Source of the DNA: an uncultured Clostridia bacterium
GTDB taxonomy: Bacteria; Bacillota; Clostridia; TANB77; CAG-508
NCBI GenBank assembly: GCA_947632605.1
Contig: CANRPX010000004.1
Span: forward strand, 39,948-71,947
DNA length: 32,000 bases
Reading direction: 5' to 3'
Made by a program: the position numbers and the translations under genes. The stretch's first letter is position 1. Every line of letters starts with the position of its first letter. A model generated the notes under the pieces. It made no database searches, was not told where the DNA came from, and saw only the letters and a program-made list of their open reading frames with translations. Shown here in pieces: positions 16,096-23,875 of this stretch.

Positions 16096-17859
16096 ATGGA
16101 ATATAGAGAAGTTATAACTGCATATCAAAATAATAGTTTAGATATCTCTGATTTTAAATCAAAATTAGAAGAGGCTAAGCCTTTAAAAGGACGTCAAAAA
16201 TACAGAGCTTTATCAATGTTGCAAGTAAGATTCTTTTCTAGTTTAGATATGCATAATATTTTATCTACACCAGAAACAGAAAGTAAATTTGATTCTTTTG
16301 CAAGAAATTGTAGCAGTCAGTTAAATTATTATTATTCTCTATTATTAGATTCAATAAAAAGTACAAAAGCTTGGAAATATGTTGGGCTTAATTCAAAAGC
16401 ACCAAATGAAGAAATTTATAAAAAATTACCAATAAATAAAAAATTCGAACTTTTTTTAAATTTGAATAGAAAATATAGTGAATTTTTAGATATTCAACAA
16501 ATAGCTGATATTAGATCAGCTTTAGGAAAAGATGATTTAGATGATGAAACTATAAGAAAAATACAATTTATTAGAATAATGTATGATGGAATAGAAAGTG
16601 ATTTAGCTAAAAGCGAATTATACAATTTAAGTGCACATCCAAAGCTTGTTTCAGCTTTAGTGGAATATAGAAGTTCTAAGAAAAAGAAAAATGTTAAATT
16701 AGAAGATTTTATTAAGTCAAAAGGTAAAAAAGTAAGTAAATCTTATGAAGAAATAGAGAAATTATTTGAAATAGATGAGATAAAAGATATTTCAGAAGTA
16801 TTAAGCTTAATTCAAGAAACTTTAAATATGCCACTTTCTGATATCATGCCAATACTTTCAGAAATTTCTGAAGGAGAAGCAGAGAAATATTATTTATCAA
16901 GTGAATATGCAGATTTTCAGAAATTGCAAGAAAAGTATCAGAGAATGGCAGAAATTAAAAGATTAGCTATACAAGAAGAAGAGGAAAAAAAACATAAAGA
17001 AGCAGAAGAAAAACGCAGAATAGAATTAGAAAATGAAAAAAGAAGAAGAGAAGCGGAAAAAAAAAGAATTGAAGAACGAGAAAAATATAAAAGAGATAGA
17101 ACAGTAGAAATTCTAGATGGCGATTATACAAAAGAATTAGAAGGAAGAATAGATGAAATATCTAAAACTCCTTTAGCAAAAGAAATAGTTATACCAGTAG
17201 TATTTATGTGGTTGGAAAGAGAAGATAGAGATTATAGTCAAATTTCTAAATTCTTTGAAAGAATACGTACTGCAGAGATTAAATCAAAAGCTAGAGCAAG
17301 TTTGTATTTAATAACAAATGCTAGCAAAGAAGTTACTTTGCAAAGGTTTAATAAATTACGACAACTTGCTAAAGAAAAAGGAATGCCAAGAATGGTAGAA
17401 GGAGCATTAGGAGGATACGGTTCTTTTAGAATAGATGAAAATGGTAATATAGCAGATTTAGCAATAATGTCTGATGAAAATAAAAAAAGAATAAAATTGA
17501 TTTTACAAGAATTTGGATATGATGCAGAGATAGAAGATACAGAGTATTTAAGATATCAAATTACTGATAAAAAAGATAAACATATAACACCACAATATAT
17601 AGCATTTTTAAGAAATTCTTTAAAAGGAAGAACAGAACTTAAAAATCAACCAATAGAATTAATTTCTTATACAGAAGGAGATGCATCAGGGATAGATGTT
17701 TTGCTAGAAACACAACTAGATGCAGTACGCCAAATACCATCATATTATCAAACAAAATATTATATAAAAAAAGGTACTTCTATAACGGTACAAAAAAAGA
17801 ACTTAAAAGAATATTTAGAAAATAGTTTAAAAAAGCAAAATGAACAACAACTTGAATAA
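16096..17859 (+). CDS. hypothetical protein with a central highly charged coiled-coil segment
   Basis: Long ORF; the track gives 16087..17859. ATG at 16096 has better spacing (10 nt) from AAAGG than ATG at 16087. Central block is QEEEEKKHKEAEEKRRIELENEKRRREAEKKRIEEREKYKRD. No enzymatic motif recognised. It has its own promoter and terminator. Confidence 0.7.
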   Translation: MEYREVITAYQNNSLDISDFKSKLEEAKPLKGRQKYRALSMLQVRFFSSLDMHNILSTPETESKFDSFARNCSSQLNYYYSLLLDSIKSTKAWKYVGLNSKAPNEEIYKKLPINKKFELFLNLNRKYSEFLDIQQIADIRSALGKDDLDDETIRKIQFIRIMYDGIESDLAKSELYNLSAHPKLVSALVEYRSSKKKKNVKLEDFIKSKGKKVSKSYEEIEKLFEIDEIKDISEVLSLIQETLNMPLSDIMPILSEISEGEAEKYYLSSEYADFQKLQEKYQRMAEIKRLAIQEEEEKKHKEAEEKRRIELENEKRRREAEKKRIEEREKYKRDRTVEILDGDYTKELEGRIDEISKTPLAKEIVIPVVFMWLEREDRDYSQISKFFERIRTAEIKSKARASLYLITNASKEVTLQRFNKLRQLAKEKGMPRMVEGALGGYGSFRIDENGNIADLAIMSDENKKRIKLILQEFGYDAEIEDTEYLRYQITDKKDKHITPQYIAFLRNSLKGRTELKNQPIELISYTEGDASGIDVLLETQLDAVRQIPSYYQTKYYIKKGTSITVQKKNLKEYLENSLKKQNEQQLE

Positions 17860-17860
17860 A

Positions 17861-17888
17861 AAAATCACTTCAAAAATGAAGTGATTTT
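17861..17888. terminator. bidirectional rho-independent terminator
   Basis: Perfect 12-bp stem AAAATCACTTCA / TGAAGTGATTTT with an AAAA loop, between convergent ORFs. Confidence 0.8.
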
Positions 17889-17893
17889 CTTTA

Positions 17894-18298
17894 TTATTGA
17901 TTATTCTTTTTAATATTTATTGGTTTTGGTATTATAAAGTTTATTTGATTTTCTTTTAATGCTACAACTGAAGTATCTCCTTTTCCAATAATTTGAGCTT
18001 CTATTGAATTAATAGGATTTTTTTCAAAAGGATTGAAAAAGAAATTTCGTACTGTGTCTAAAGTATTAAAAAGTGATGCTCTAATATTTCCCATATTCCA
18101 CATATAAGAAATACTTTTATATGTTTTTTGAGGTTTTAATTCTGCCGCAGGAAGCAATTTTTGAGCTTTGCCATTTTTTATCTTATATATGAGATTTGCC
18201 CAAAAACTTATTTTTTTTACTACTTCAATTTCGTAATTTTTTATAGCAGATTCATCTTGAATGTTATTATTTTGATTTTTTAAATTAATATCATTCAT
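17894..18298 (-). CDS. hypothetical protein
   Basis: ORF track gives 17894..18313 (139 aa). The third in-frame ATG (18298) is preceded by GGAGAG with 6-nt spacing, so MNDINLKNQ... is the likelier start. No motif recognised. Confidence 0.55.
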   Translation of the reverse strand: MNDINLKNQNNNIQDESAIKNYEIEVVKKISFWANLIYKIKNGKAQKLLPAAELKPQKTYKSISYMWNMGNIRASLFNTLDTVRNFFFNPFEKNPINSIEAQIIGKGDTSVVALKENQINFIIPKPINIKKNNQ

Positions 18299-18404
18299 AA
18301 CCATCTCTCCCATATTAAATTTAAGTTTATTTTATACTAAAATTTAAAAAAAACAATAAATTTAAACAAAACTTAATCTAAATGTTACAATCTAACAAAA
18401 AAAT

Positions 18405-18433
18405 TTGAAATATATATAAAAATACTGTATAAT
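18405..18433 (+). promoter_or_regulatory. sigma-A promoter (extended -10) of the ABC-F gene
   Basis: TTGAAA (18405-18410), 17 nt, TGTTATAAT-type box with TATAAT at 18428-18433. Confidence 0.65.
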
Positions 18434-18467
18434 ATTAAAGTCTTAAAAATGTTAGGAGGTTAAACAA

Positions 18468-20054
18468 ATGCTTTTATCAAATGGTGTAACTTTAAGATTC
18501 GGAAAAAGAGTACTTTTTGAAGATGTTACAATTAAATTTACAAAAGGAAATTGTTATGGATTAATCGGTGCAAATGGTGCTGGAAAATCTACGTTTTTAA
18601 AAATATTATCAGGAGAAATTGAGCCTAATAAAGGTGAAGTTATTTTAGATAAAGGTGAAAGATTATCTGTGTTAAAACAAGATCACTATGCTTTTGAAGG
18701 ATATACTGTTATTGATACTGTTATGATGGGAAATAGTGAACTTTATAGAATTATGAAAGAAAAAGATAGCATTTATAGTAAGCCAGATTTTTCTGAAGAA
18801 GATGGTATGAAAGCTGCAAAATTAGAAGAAAGATTTGCAGAATTAGATGGATGGAATGCTGAAACAGATAGTGCAAAACTTTTAAATGATTTAGGAATTG
18901 ATAGTGATTTACATTATAAATATATGAGTGAAATAGAAGCAAAAGATAAAGTAAAAGTGCTTTTAGCACAAGCTTTATTTGGTAATCCAGATGTTCTTTT
19001 GTTAGACGAGCCTACTAATGACTTAGATATAAAAACAATAAATTGGTTACAAGACTTTTTAATAGATTTTGAAAATACTGTAATAGTTGTATCACACGAT
19101 AGATATTTTTTAAATAAAGTTTGCACACATATTGCTGATGTAGATTTTGGAAAAATTAAAGTATATCCAGGAAATTATGATTTCTGGTATGAATCAAGTC
19201 AGCTTGCTCTAAAACAAATGAGAGAAGCAAATAAAAAGAAAGAAGAAAGAATAAAAGAATTACAAGAATTTATTGCTAGATTTAGTGCAAATGCTTCAAA
19301 ATCAAAACAAGCAACATCTAGAAAAAAATCTTTGGAAAAAATAGAATTAGAAGAAATAAAACCTTCAAATAGAAAATATCCATATATAGATTTTAAACTA
19401 GATAGAGAGCAAGGAAAAGAAGTTTTAGAAGTAAAAAATATATCTAAAACTATAAATGGAGAAAAAATATTAGATAATATTAGTTTTACAGTAAAAAGAG
19501 AAGATAAAATAGCACTTTTATCAGATAATGAAATTGCTAAAACTGTATTATTTCAAATTATTGCAGGTGAAATAGAACCAGATGAAGGTGAACTTGTTTG
19601 GGGAACTACTATTACAAAAGATTATTTTCCAAAAGATAATAATTATTTATTTAATTCAGATTTAACATTAACAGATTGGCTTCGACAATATTCAAAAGAT
19701 CCAGATGAAACTTATGTAAGAAGCTTTTTGGGAAGAATGCTTTTTTCTGGAGAAGAGGCATTAAAGAAAGTAAATGTTCTTTCAGGAGGAGAAAAAGTAA
19801 GATGTGTTTTGTCTAAATTAATGCTTTCAGGTGCTAACTTCTTAATTTTTGATGAACCAACAAATCATCTAGATATGGAGTCAATTACAGCTTTAAATGA
19901 TGGAATGCAAAAATATAAAGGAATAATGATATTCACATCACATGACCACCAATTAACACAAACAGTTGCAAATAAAATTATAGATATAACAGGAAATAAA
20001 GTAATAGTTAGAGAATGTACTTATGATGAGTATTTAGAAGAACAAGACAGATAG
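18468..20054 (+). CDS. ABC-F family ATPase (two tandem ABC domains, no membrane domain; YbiT/Uup-like translation factor type)
   Basis: 528 aa. Walker A GANGAGKST, first-domain Walker B LLLDEPTNDLD, second-domain signature LSGGEKVRCVL and FDEPTNHLD, with a charged inter-domain linker (KKKEERIKELQEFIARFSANASKSKQATSRKK). Confidence 0.9.
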   Translation: MLLSNGVTLRFGKRVLFEDVTIKFTKGNCYGLIGANGAGKSTFLKILSGEIEPNKGEVILDKGERLSVLKQDHYAFEGYTVIDTVMMGNSELYRIMKEKDSIYSKPDFSEEDGMKAAKLEERFAELDGWNAETDSAKLLNDLGIDSDLHYKYMSEIEAKDKVKVLLAQALFGNPDVLLLDEPTNDLDIKTINWLQDFLIDFENTVIVVSHDRYFLNKVCTHIADVDFGKIKVYPGNYDFWYESSQLALKQMREANKKKEERIKELQEFIARFSANASKSKQATSRKKSLEKIELEEIKPSNRKYPYIDFKLDREQGKEVLEVKNISKTINGEKILDNISFTVKREDKIALLSDNEIAKTVLFQIIAGEIEPDEGELVWGTTITKDYFPKDNNYLFNSDLTLTDWLRQYSKDPDETYVRSFLGRMLFSGEEALKKVNVLSGGEKVRCVLSKLMLSGANFLIFDEPTNHLDMESITALNDGMQKYKGIMIFTSHDHQLTQTVANKIIDITGNKVIVRECTYDEYLEEQDR

Positions 20055-20067
20055 AAAGAGGTAAAAA

Positions 20068-22224
20068 GTGAATAAAATATTTAATAAAATTGCTGAAGAG
20101 CTTAATATTAGAGAATCTCAAGTTGAGGCAACAGTAAAACTAATTGATGAAGGAAATACAATTCCTTTTATAGCACGTTATAGAAAAGAAGTTACAGGAA
20201 ATTTAAGTGATGAAATATTAAGAGATTTAGGAGAAAGACTCACATATTTAAGAAATTTGGAAAACAGAAAAGAAGAAATAATAAGACTTATTGATGAGCA
20301 AGGAAAACTTACAGATGAATTAACAATTAAAATTGCAAGTACTATGGTTTTATCAGAACTTGAAGATATATATAGACCATTTAGACCTAAAAAAAGGACA
20401 AGAGCTACAATAGCTAAAGAGAAAGGATTAGAACCTTTAGCTAATATTATTTATTTACAACTAGAAAAAAGAAATTTATATGAAGTTGCAAAAGAGTATG
20501 TTAATGAAGAAAAAGGTGTAGCAAATGAAGAAGAAGCTTTACAAGGAGCATTAGATATAATTGCTGAAAATATTGCAGATGATGCTGATTATAGAAAAAA
20601 AATAAAATCATTATGTTTTAGAGAAGCAGTTATTACAAGTAAGGCAGTAGATGAAGATAAAAAATCTCCTTATGAAATGTATTATGATTTTAAAGAGGGA
20701 ATTTTAAAAATACCAAGTCATAGAATTTTGGCTATAAATAGAGGAGAAAAAGAAGAGTTTTTAAAAGTAAAAATTGAAAAACCTGATGAAAAAATTTTAG
20801 ATTATTTGAAAAAACAAATAATAAGAGATTATAAAAGTCAATTTAATGAACCACTTTCAAATGTTATAGAAGACTCATATAAAAGATTAATTGAACCATC
20901 AATTGAAAGAGAAATACGTGCAGATTTAACAGAACGTTCAGAAGAAAAAGCGATAAAAGTATTTGGTAAAAATGCAAAACAACTTTTATTACAACCACCA
21001 ATTAAAGATATGACAGTTATGGGATTTGACCCTGCATATAGAACTGGTTGTAAAATAGCAATTATAGATAAAACCGGAAAACTTTTAGATACTACAACAG
21101 TTTATCCAACAGAACCACAAAACGATACGGAAGGTGCTAAAAATACATTAAAAGCACTTATTTTGAAATATAATGTAAATATGATAGCAATAGGAAATGG
21201 AACAGCATCTCGTGAATCTGAAACTTTTGTATCTAATATGATAAAAGAAATTACAGGAGATATTTATTATGCAATAGTTAGTGAAGCTGGTGCATCTGTA
21301 TATTCAGCATCTAAACTTGCAACAGAAGAATATCCAGATATAAATGTTTCTTTAAGAGGAGCAATATCAATTGCTAGAAGACTTCAAGATCCACTTTCAG
21401 AGCTTGTAAAAATAGATCCAAAAGCAATAGGAGTTGGTCAATATCAACATGATGTAAATCAAAAAAAATTATCTGAAAGTTTAACAGGAGTTGTAGAAGA
21501 TGCTGTTAATTCAGTAGGTGTTGATGTAAACACTGCTACACCATCACTACTTTCTTATGTATCTGGAATAAATGGTTCAATTGCTAAAAACATTGTTAAA
21601 TATAGAGATGAAAATGGTGAAATAAAACAAAGAAAAGATTTACTTAAAGTTCCAAAATTAGGACCTACTGCATATAAACAGTGTGCTGGATTTATTAGGA
21701 TATTTAATGGAAAAAATCCATTAGAAGTAACAGCAGTTCATCCAGAAAGTTATGATGTTGCAGAAAAGTTATTAACAAAATTAGGATATTCTGTGGAAAA
21801 CTTAACTCAAAAAGATAAATTAGAAGATTTAAAAAATGATTTAAGTAAAGTAGATTGTGAAAAATTAGCAAGTGAATTAAATGTAGGAGCTCTTACTTTA
21901 AAAGATATTATAGAAGAGCTTTCAAAGCCAGGTAGAGATCCAAGAGAAGACTTACCAAAACCAATTTTGAGAAGTGATGTTTTGAAATTTGAAGATTTAC
22001 AAGAAGGAATGGAACTTACTGGAACGGTTAGAAATGTTATCGATTTTGGTGCTTTTATAGATATTGGTGTTAAACATGATGGATTAGTTCATATTTCTGA
22101 AATGGCAGATAAATATGTGAGAAATCCATCAGAAATAGTATCAGTAGGAGACATAGTAAAAGTAAAAGTTATAGGAATAGATAGAGAAAAACAAAAAGTA
22201 AGTTTAAGTATGAAAGTAAAATAA
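20068..22224 (+). CDS. tex: Tex-like transcription accessory protein (YqgF/RuvC-like, HhH and S1 RNA-binding domains)
   Basis: 718 aa. N-terminus IAEELNIRESQVEATVKLIDEGNTIPFIARYRKEVTG, YqgF-like core MGFDPAYRTGCKIAIIDKTGK, and C-terminal S1 domain GMELTGTVRNVIDFGAFIDIGVKHDGLVHISEM. GTG start with GAGG upstream. Confidence 0.95.
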   Translation: MNKIFNKIAEELNIRESQVEATVKLIDEGNTIPFIARYRKEVTGNLSDEILRDLGERLTYLRNLENRKEEIIRLIDEQGKLTDELTIKIASTMVLSELEDIYRPFRPKKRTRATIAKEKGLEPLANIIYLQLEKRNLYEVAKEYVNEEKGVANEEEALQGALDIIAENIADDADYRKKIKSLCFREAVITSKAVDEDKKSPYEMYYDFKEGILKIPSHRILAINRGEKEEFLKVKIEKPDEKILDYLKKQIIRDYKSQFNEPLSNVIEDSYKRLIEPSIEREIRADLTERSEEKAIKVFGKNAKQLLLQPPIKDMTVMGFDPAYRTGCKIAIIDKTGKLLDTTTVYPTEPQNDTEGAKNTLKALILKYNVNMIAIGNGTASRESETFVSNMIKEITGDIYYAIVSEAGASVYSASKLATEEYPDINVSLRGAISIARRLQDPLSELVKIDPKAIGVGQYQHDVNQKKLSESLTGVVEDAVNSVGVDVNTATPSLLSYVSGINGSIAKNIVKYRDENGEIKQRKDLLKVPKLGPTAYKQCAGFIRIFNGKNPLEVTAVHPESYDVAEKLLTKLGYSVENLTQKDKLEDLKNDLSKVDCEKLASELNVGALTLKDIIEELSKPGRDPREDLPKPILRSDVLKFEDLQEGMELTGTVRNVIDFGAFIDIGVKHDGLVHISEMADKYVRNPSEIVSVGDIVKVKVIGIDREKQKVSLSMKVK

Positions 22225-22231
22225 AATAAAA

Positions 22232-22270
22232 AAATAGCTAAATTTTATAAGATTTGGCTATTTTTTATTT
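22232..22270 (+). terminator. rho-independent terminator of tex
   Basis: 12-bp stem AAATAGCTAAAT / ATTTGGCTATTT (one G-U pair), 8-nt loop, T run. Confidence 0.65.
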
Positions 22271-22304
22271 TATTGCTGAAAATAAGCAAGGTATAAAGAA
22301 TTAA

Positions 22305-22333
22305 TTGACTTTCTGACTAAAAGATAGTATAAT
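22305..22333 (+). promoter_or_regulatory. near-consensus sigma-A promoter driving the GC-rich cassette
   Basis: TTGACT (22305-22310), exactly 17 nt, TATAAT (22328-22333). It lies in AT-rich DNA immediately before the compositional jump at about 22341. Confidence 0.6.
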
Positions 22334-22340
22334 AAACAAC

Positions 22341-23036
22341 ATGGCTAGGCTTTGCTCTAGCTAAATTCATCGAAGGGAGTGTTTTCATGAAACACGTCAC
22401 AGCAGCACAGGTTAACCAGAACGACAACATGGAGGTAAGCGCTATGTATGAAGAAGATCGGAGAGCCGAAGAAGTAGCCGAGAGCATCACTCATGAGGAA
22501 GATCAGTGCTGGGAGGACTACTTGAAAGAGAGCGAGCATGAAGAGGAGCATTCTTCCGAGCTCGCCGTCGAGTATGATATCCAGCAGGAAGTCGATTCCG
22601 AGTGTGCGGACCCCTATGCCGACAGAATGAGCGGCAAGAACAAGAGGGCTAATCGCAGGAAGCAGGCTGCCCACCACAAGGCTAAACTCCGCAAAAAGGC
22701 CATCGTGGCCGATAAAAGTTACGTGAAGCGGGCCGAGAAGGATACCCAGGAGGGTAAACGTACCAAAGCATTCCATCACGGAATGGAAAAGGACGACTAC
22801 CAGAGGGCGCACGAGATGTCTAAGGACTATATTCGTGCACGGAAGGCCATCTTCGAAGGAAAATCTCGTACGAGCCGTGCGAACAAGCTCTGGAAACTGG
22901 CAGGTGCCATGCATTTGTTGACGCCAGAATGTTCCAATTAAAAGAAAGCACTCGGTGACGAGGGTGTTAATCAAAAAATGCTGAATGAGTCACCAAACCC
23001 ACAACAAACGGGCACTGCAAGAGCAGTGCCCGTGTC
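22341..23036. other. compositionally anomalous GC-rich island (roughly 50-58% G+C against about 25% in the flanks)
   Basis: Hand counts: 22441-22500 = 29/60 G+C, 22561-22620 = 35/60, 22681-22740 = 32/60. The flanking line 23101-23160 = 15/60. Both edges are abrupt. Confidence 0.9.
22387..22941 (+). CDS. orphan protein of foreign composition: acidic N-terminal half, basic C-terminal half
   Basis: 184-aa ORF. AGGGAG lies 7 nt before the ATG, with a promoter upstream and a strong terminator downstream in the same orientation. Codons (GAG, AAG, CGC/CGG/AGG, GCC, CTC) are unlike host genes. Acidic stretch: EEDRRAEEVAESITHEEDQCWEDYLKESEHEEEHSSELAVEYDIQQEVDSE. Basic stretch: KNKRANRRKQAAHHKAKLRKKAIVADKSYVKRAEK...RARKAIFEGKSRTSRANK. 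I recognise no family. Confidence 0.65.
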   Translation: MKHVTAAQVNQNDNMEVSAMYEEDRRAEEVAESITHEEDQCWEDYLKESEHEEEHSSELAVEYDIQQEVDSECADPYADRMSGKNKRANRRKQAAHHKAKLRKKAIVADKSYVKRAEKDTQEGKRTKAFHHGMEKDDYQRAHEMSKDYIRARKAIFEGKSRTSRANKLWKLAGAMHLLTPECSN

Positions 23037-23043
23037 TATTTTT
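23009..23043 (+). terminator. strong rho-independent terminator of the GC-rich cassette
   Basis: 10-bp GC-rich stem CGGGCACTGC (23009-23018) / GCAGTGCCCG (23023-23032), AAGA loop, then TGTCTATTTTT. Confidence 0.8.
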
Positions 23044-23064
23044 ATAAAAATTTAAAATATTAAA

Positions 23065-23853
23065 TTATATAGTTATAAGTTTTCCTGGTTCAGTTCTACT
23101 TGCAACATTTAATTTAATAGTATTTATATCTGAATTGTTAGTCATAAGTTCTTCAGCTACTGTTTTATAAGCAAGTTCTGGAAAGTTATTTTCTTTACTT
23201 AAATGTCCTAACATAACTTGTTTTAAATCTTTTTTCATTAAGAAGGAAATAGTTTTTCCAGCTTCTTCATTTGATAAATGGCCATAAGGCCCTTTAATTC
23301 TTTGCTTTAAAAGAAAAGGATATCTAGAAGCATTTAACATTTCAGGTTCATAATTTGATTCTAGTAATATAAAAGAACTATGTTCTAATTCTTGAAGTAG
23401 ATTTGTATCAATATGACCTAAATCAGTAGCAATACTCAATTTTCTTTTTCCATTATGTATATTAAATCCGCAAGGATTTGCAGCATCATGTGGTATAGAA
23501 AAAGGATGAATATTTAAATCATTTAAAGAAAAATCTTCATTATTATTAAAGACATTTATATTTGAAGGAGAAATTTTTTGCTTTGTTTTCTCCATTGCAT
23601 TCCAAGTTTCTAAATTAGCATAAACAGGAATATTAAATTTTTCAGATACCATTCCTAAACTTTGTATATGATCTGAATGTTCATGAGTAATTAAAATAGC
23701 ATCAATTTCTTCTATTGATGAAGATATTGATGCTAAACCTTCACAAATTTTTTTGCAACTAGCTCCGCAGTCTATTAAAATTTTAGTGTTTTTTGAGCTT
23801 ACAAATAAACAATTACCAGAACTTCCACTATACAAGCTACAAAATTTTAACAT
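23065..23853 (-). CDS. MBL-fold metallo-hydrolase, YycJ/WalJ-like
   Basis: 262 aa. N-terminus LKFCSLYSGSSGNCLFVSS...ILIDCG and metal-binding HEHSDH motif. The overall layout resembles B. subtilis YycJ. Confidence 0.85.
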   Translation of the reverse strand: MLKFCSLYSGSSGNCLFVSSKNTKILIDCGASCKKICEGLASISSSIEEIDAILITHEHSDHIQSLGMVSEKFNIPVYANLETWNAMEKTKQKISPSNINVFNNNEDFSLNDLNIHPFSIPHDAANPCGFNIHNGKRKLSIATDLGHIDTNLLQELEHSSFILLESNYEPEMLNASRYPFLLKQRIKGPYGHLSNEEAGKTISFLMKKDLKQVMLGHLSKENNFPELAYKTVAEELMTNNSDINTIKLNVASRTEPGKLITI

Positions 23854-23875
23854 ATTTTATTCTTAGCCCCTTGTT

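Noticed and set aside
18751-19126. Minus-strand ORFs 18751..18969 and 18914..19126 inside the ABC-F gene
   Set aside because: Antisense shadows with no start context.
18468-20054. ABC-F protein as an antibiotic-resistance (ARE) ribosomal protection gene
   Set aside because: The 5-prime leader is only about 35 nt, with no leader peptide or attenuator hairpins of the kind that regulate ARE genes. The size (528 aa) and short linker fit housekeeping YbiT/Uup-like ABC-F factors. I cannot make a phylogenetic placement by eye.
22357-22974. 205-aa ORF on the minus strand, co-extensive with the GC-rich cassette ORF (a hydrophobic, Leu/Phe-rich, membrane-protein-like translation)
   Set aside because: Its codons are exactly phase-aligned reverse complements of the plus-strand codons. 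It therefore stays open simply because the sense ORF never uses TTA, CTA or TCA. It starts at a TTG without any SD. It has no promoter, and no terminator in its orientation. Its Leu/Phe richness mirrors the Glu/Lys richness of the sense strand. All expression signals fit the plus strand. A genuine overlapping gene cannot be strictly excluded without expression data.
22341-23036. GC-rich island as a structured RNA gene (RNase P RNA, tmRNA, group I/II intron, rRNA fragment), the usual cause of GC spikes in AT-rich genomes
   Set aside because: I found no hallmark motifs of these RNAs, such as an RNase P GGAAAGUCC-type core, a tRNA-like acceptor end, or intron domain V. Instead there is an uninterrupted 184-codon frame with a well-placed SD, promoter and terminator. 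A covariance-model scan (Rfam/Infernal) would settle it.
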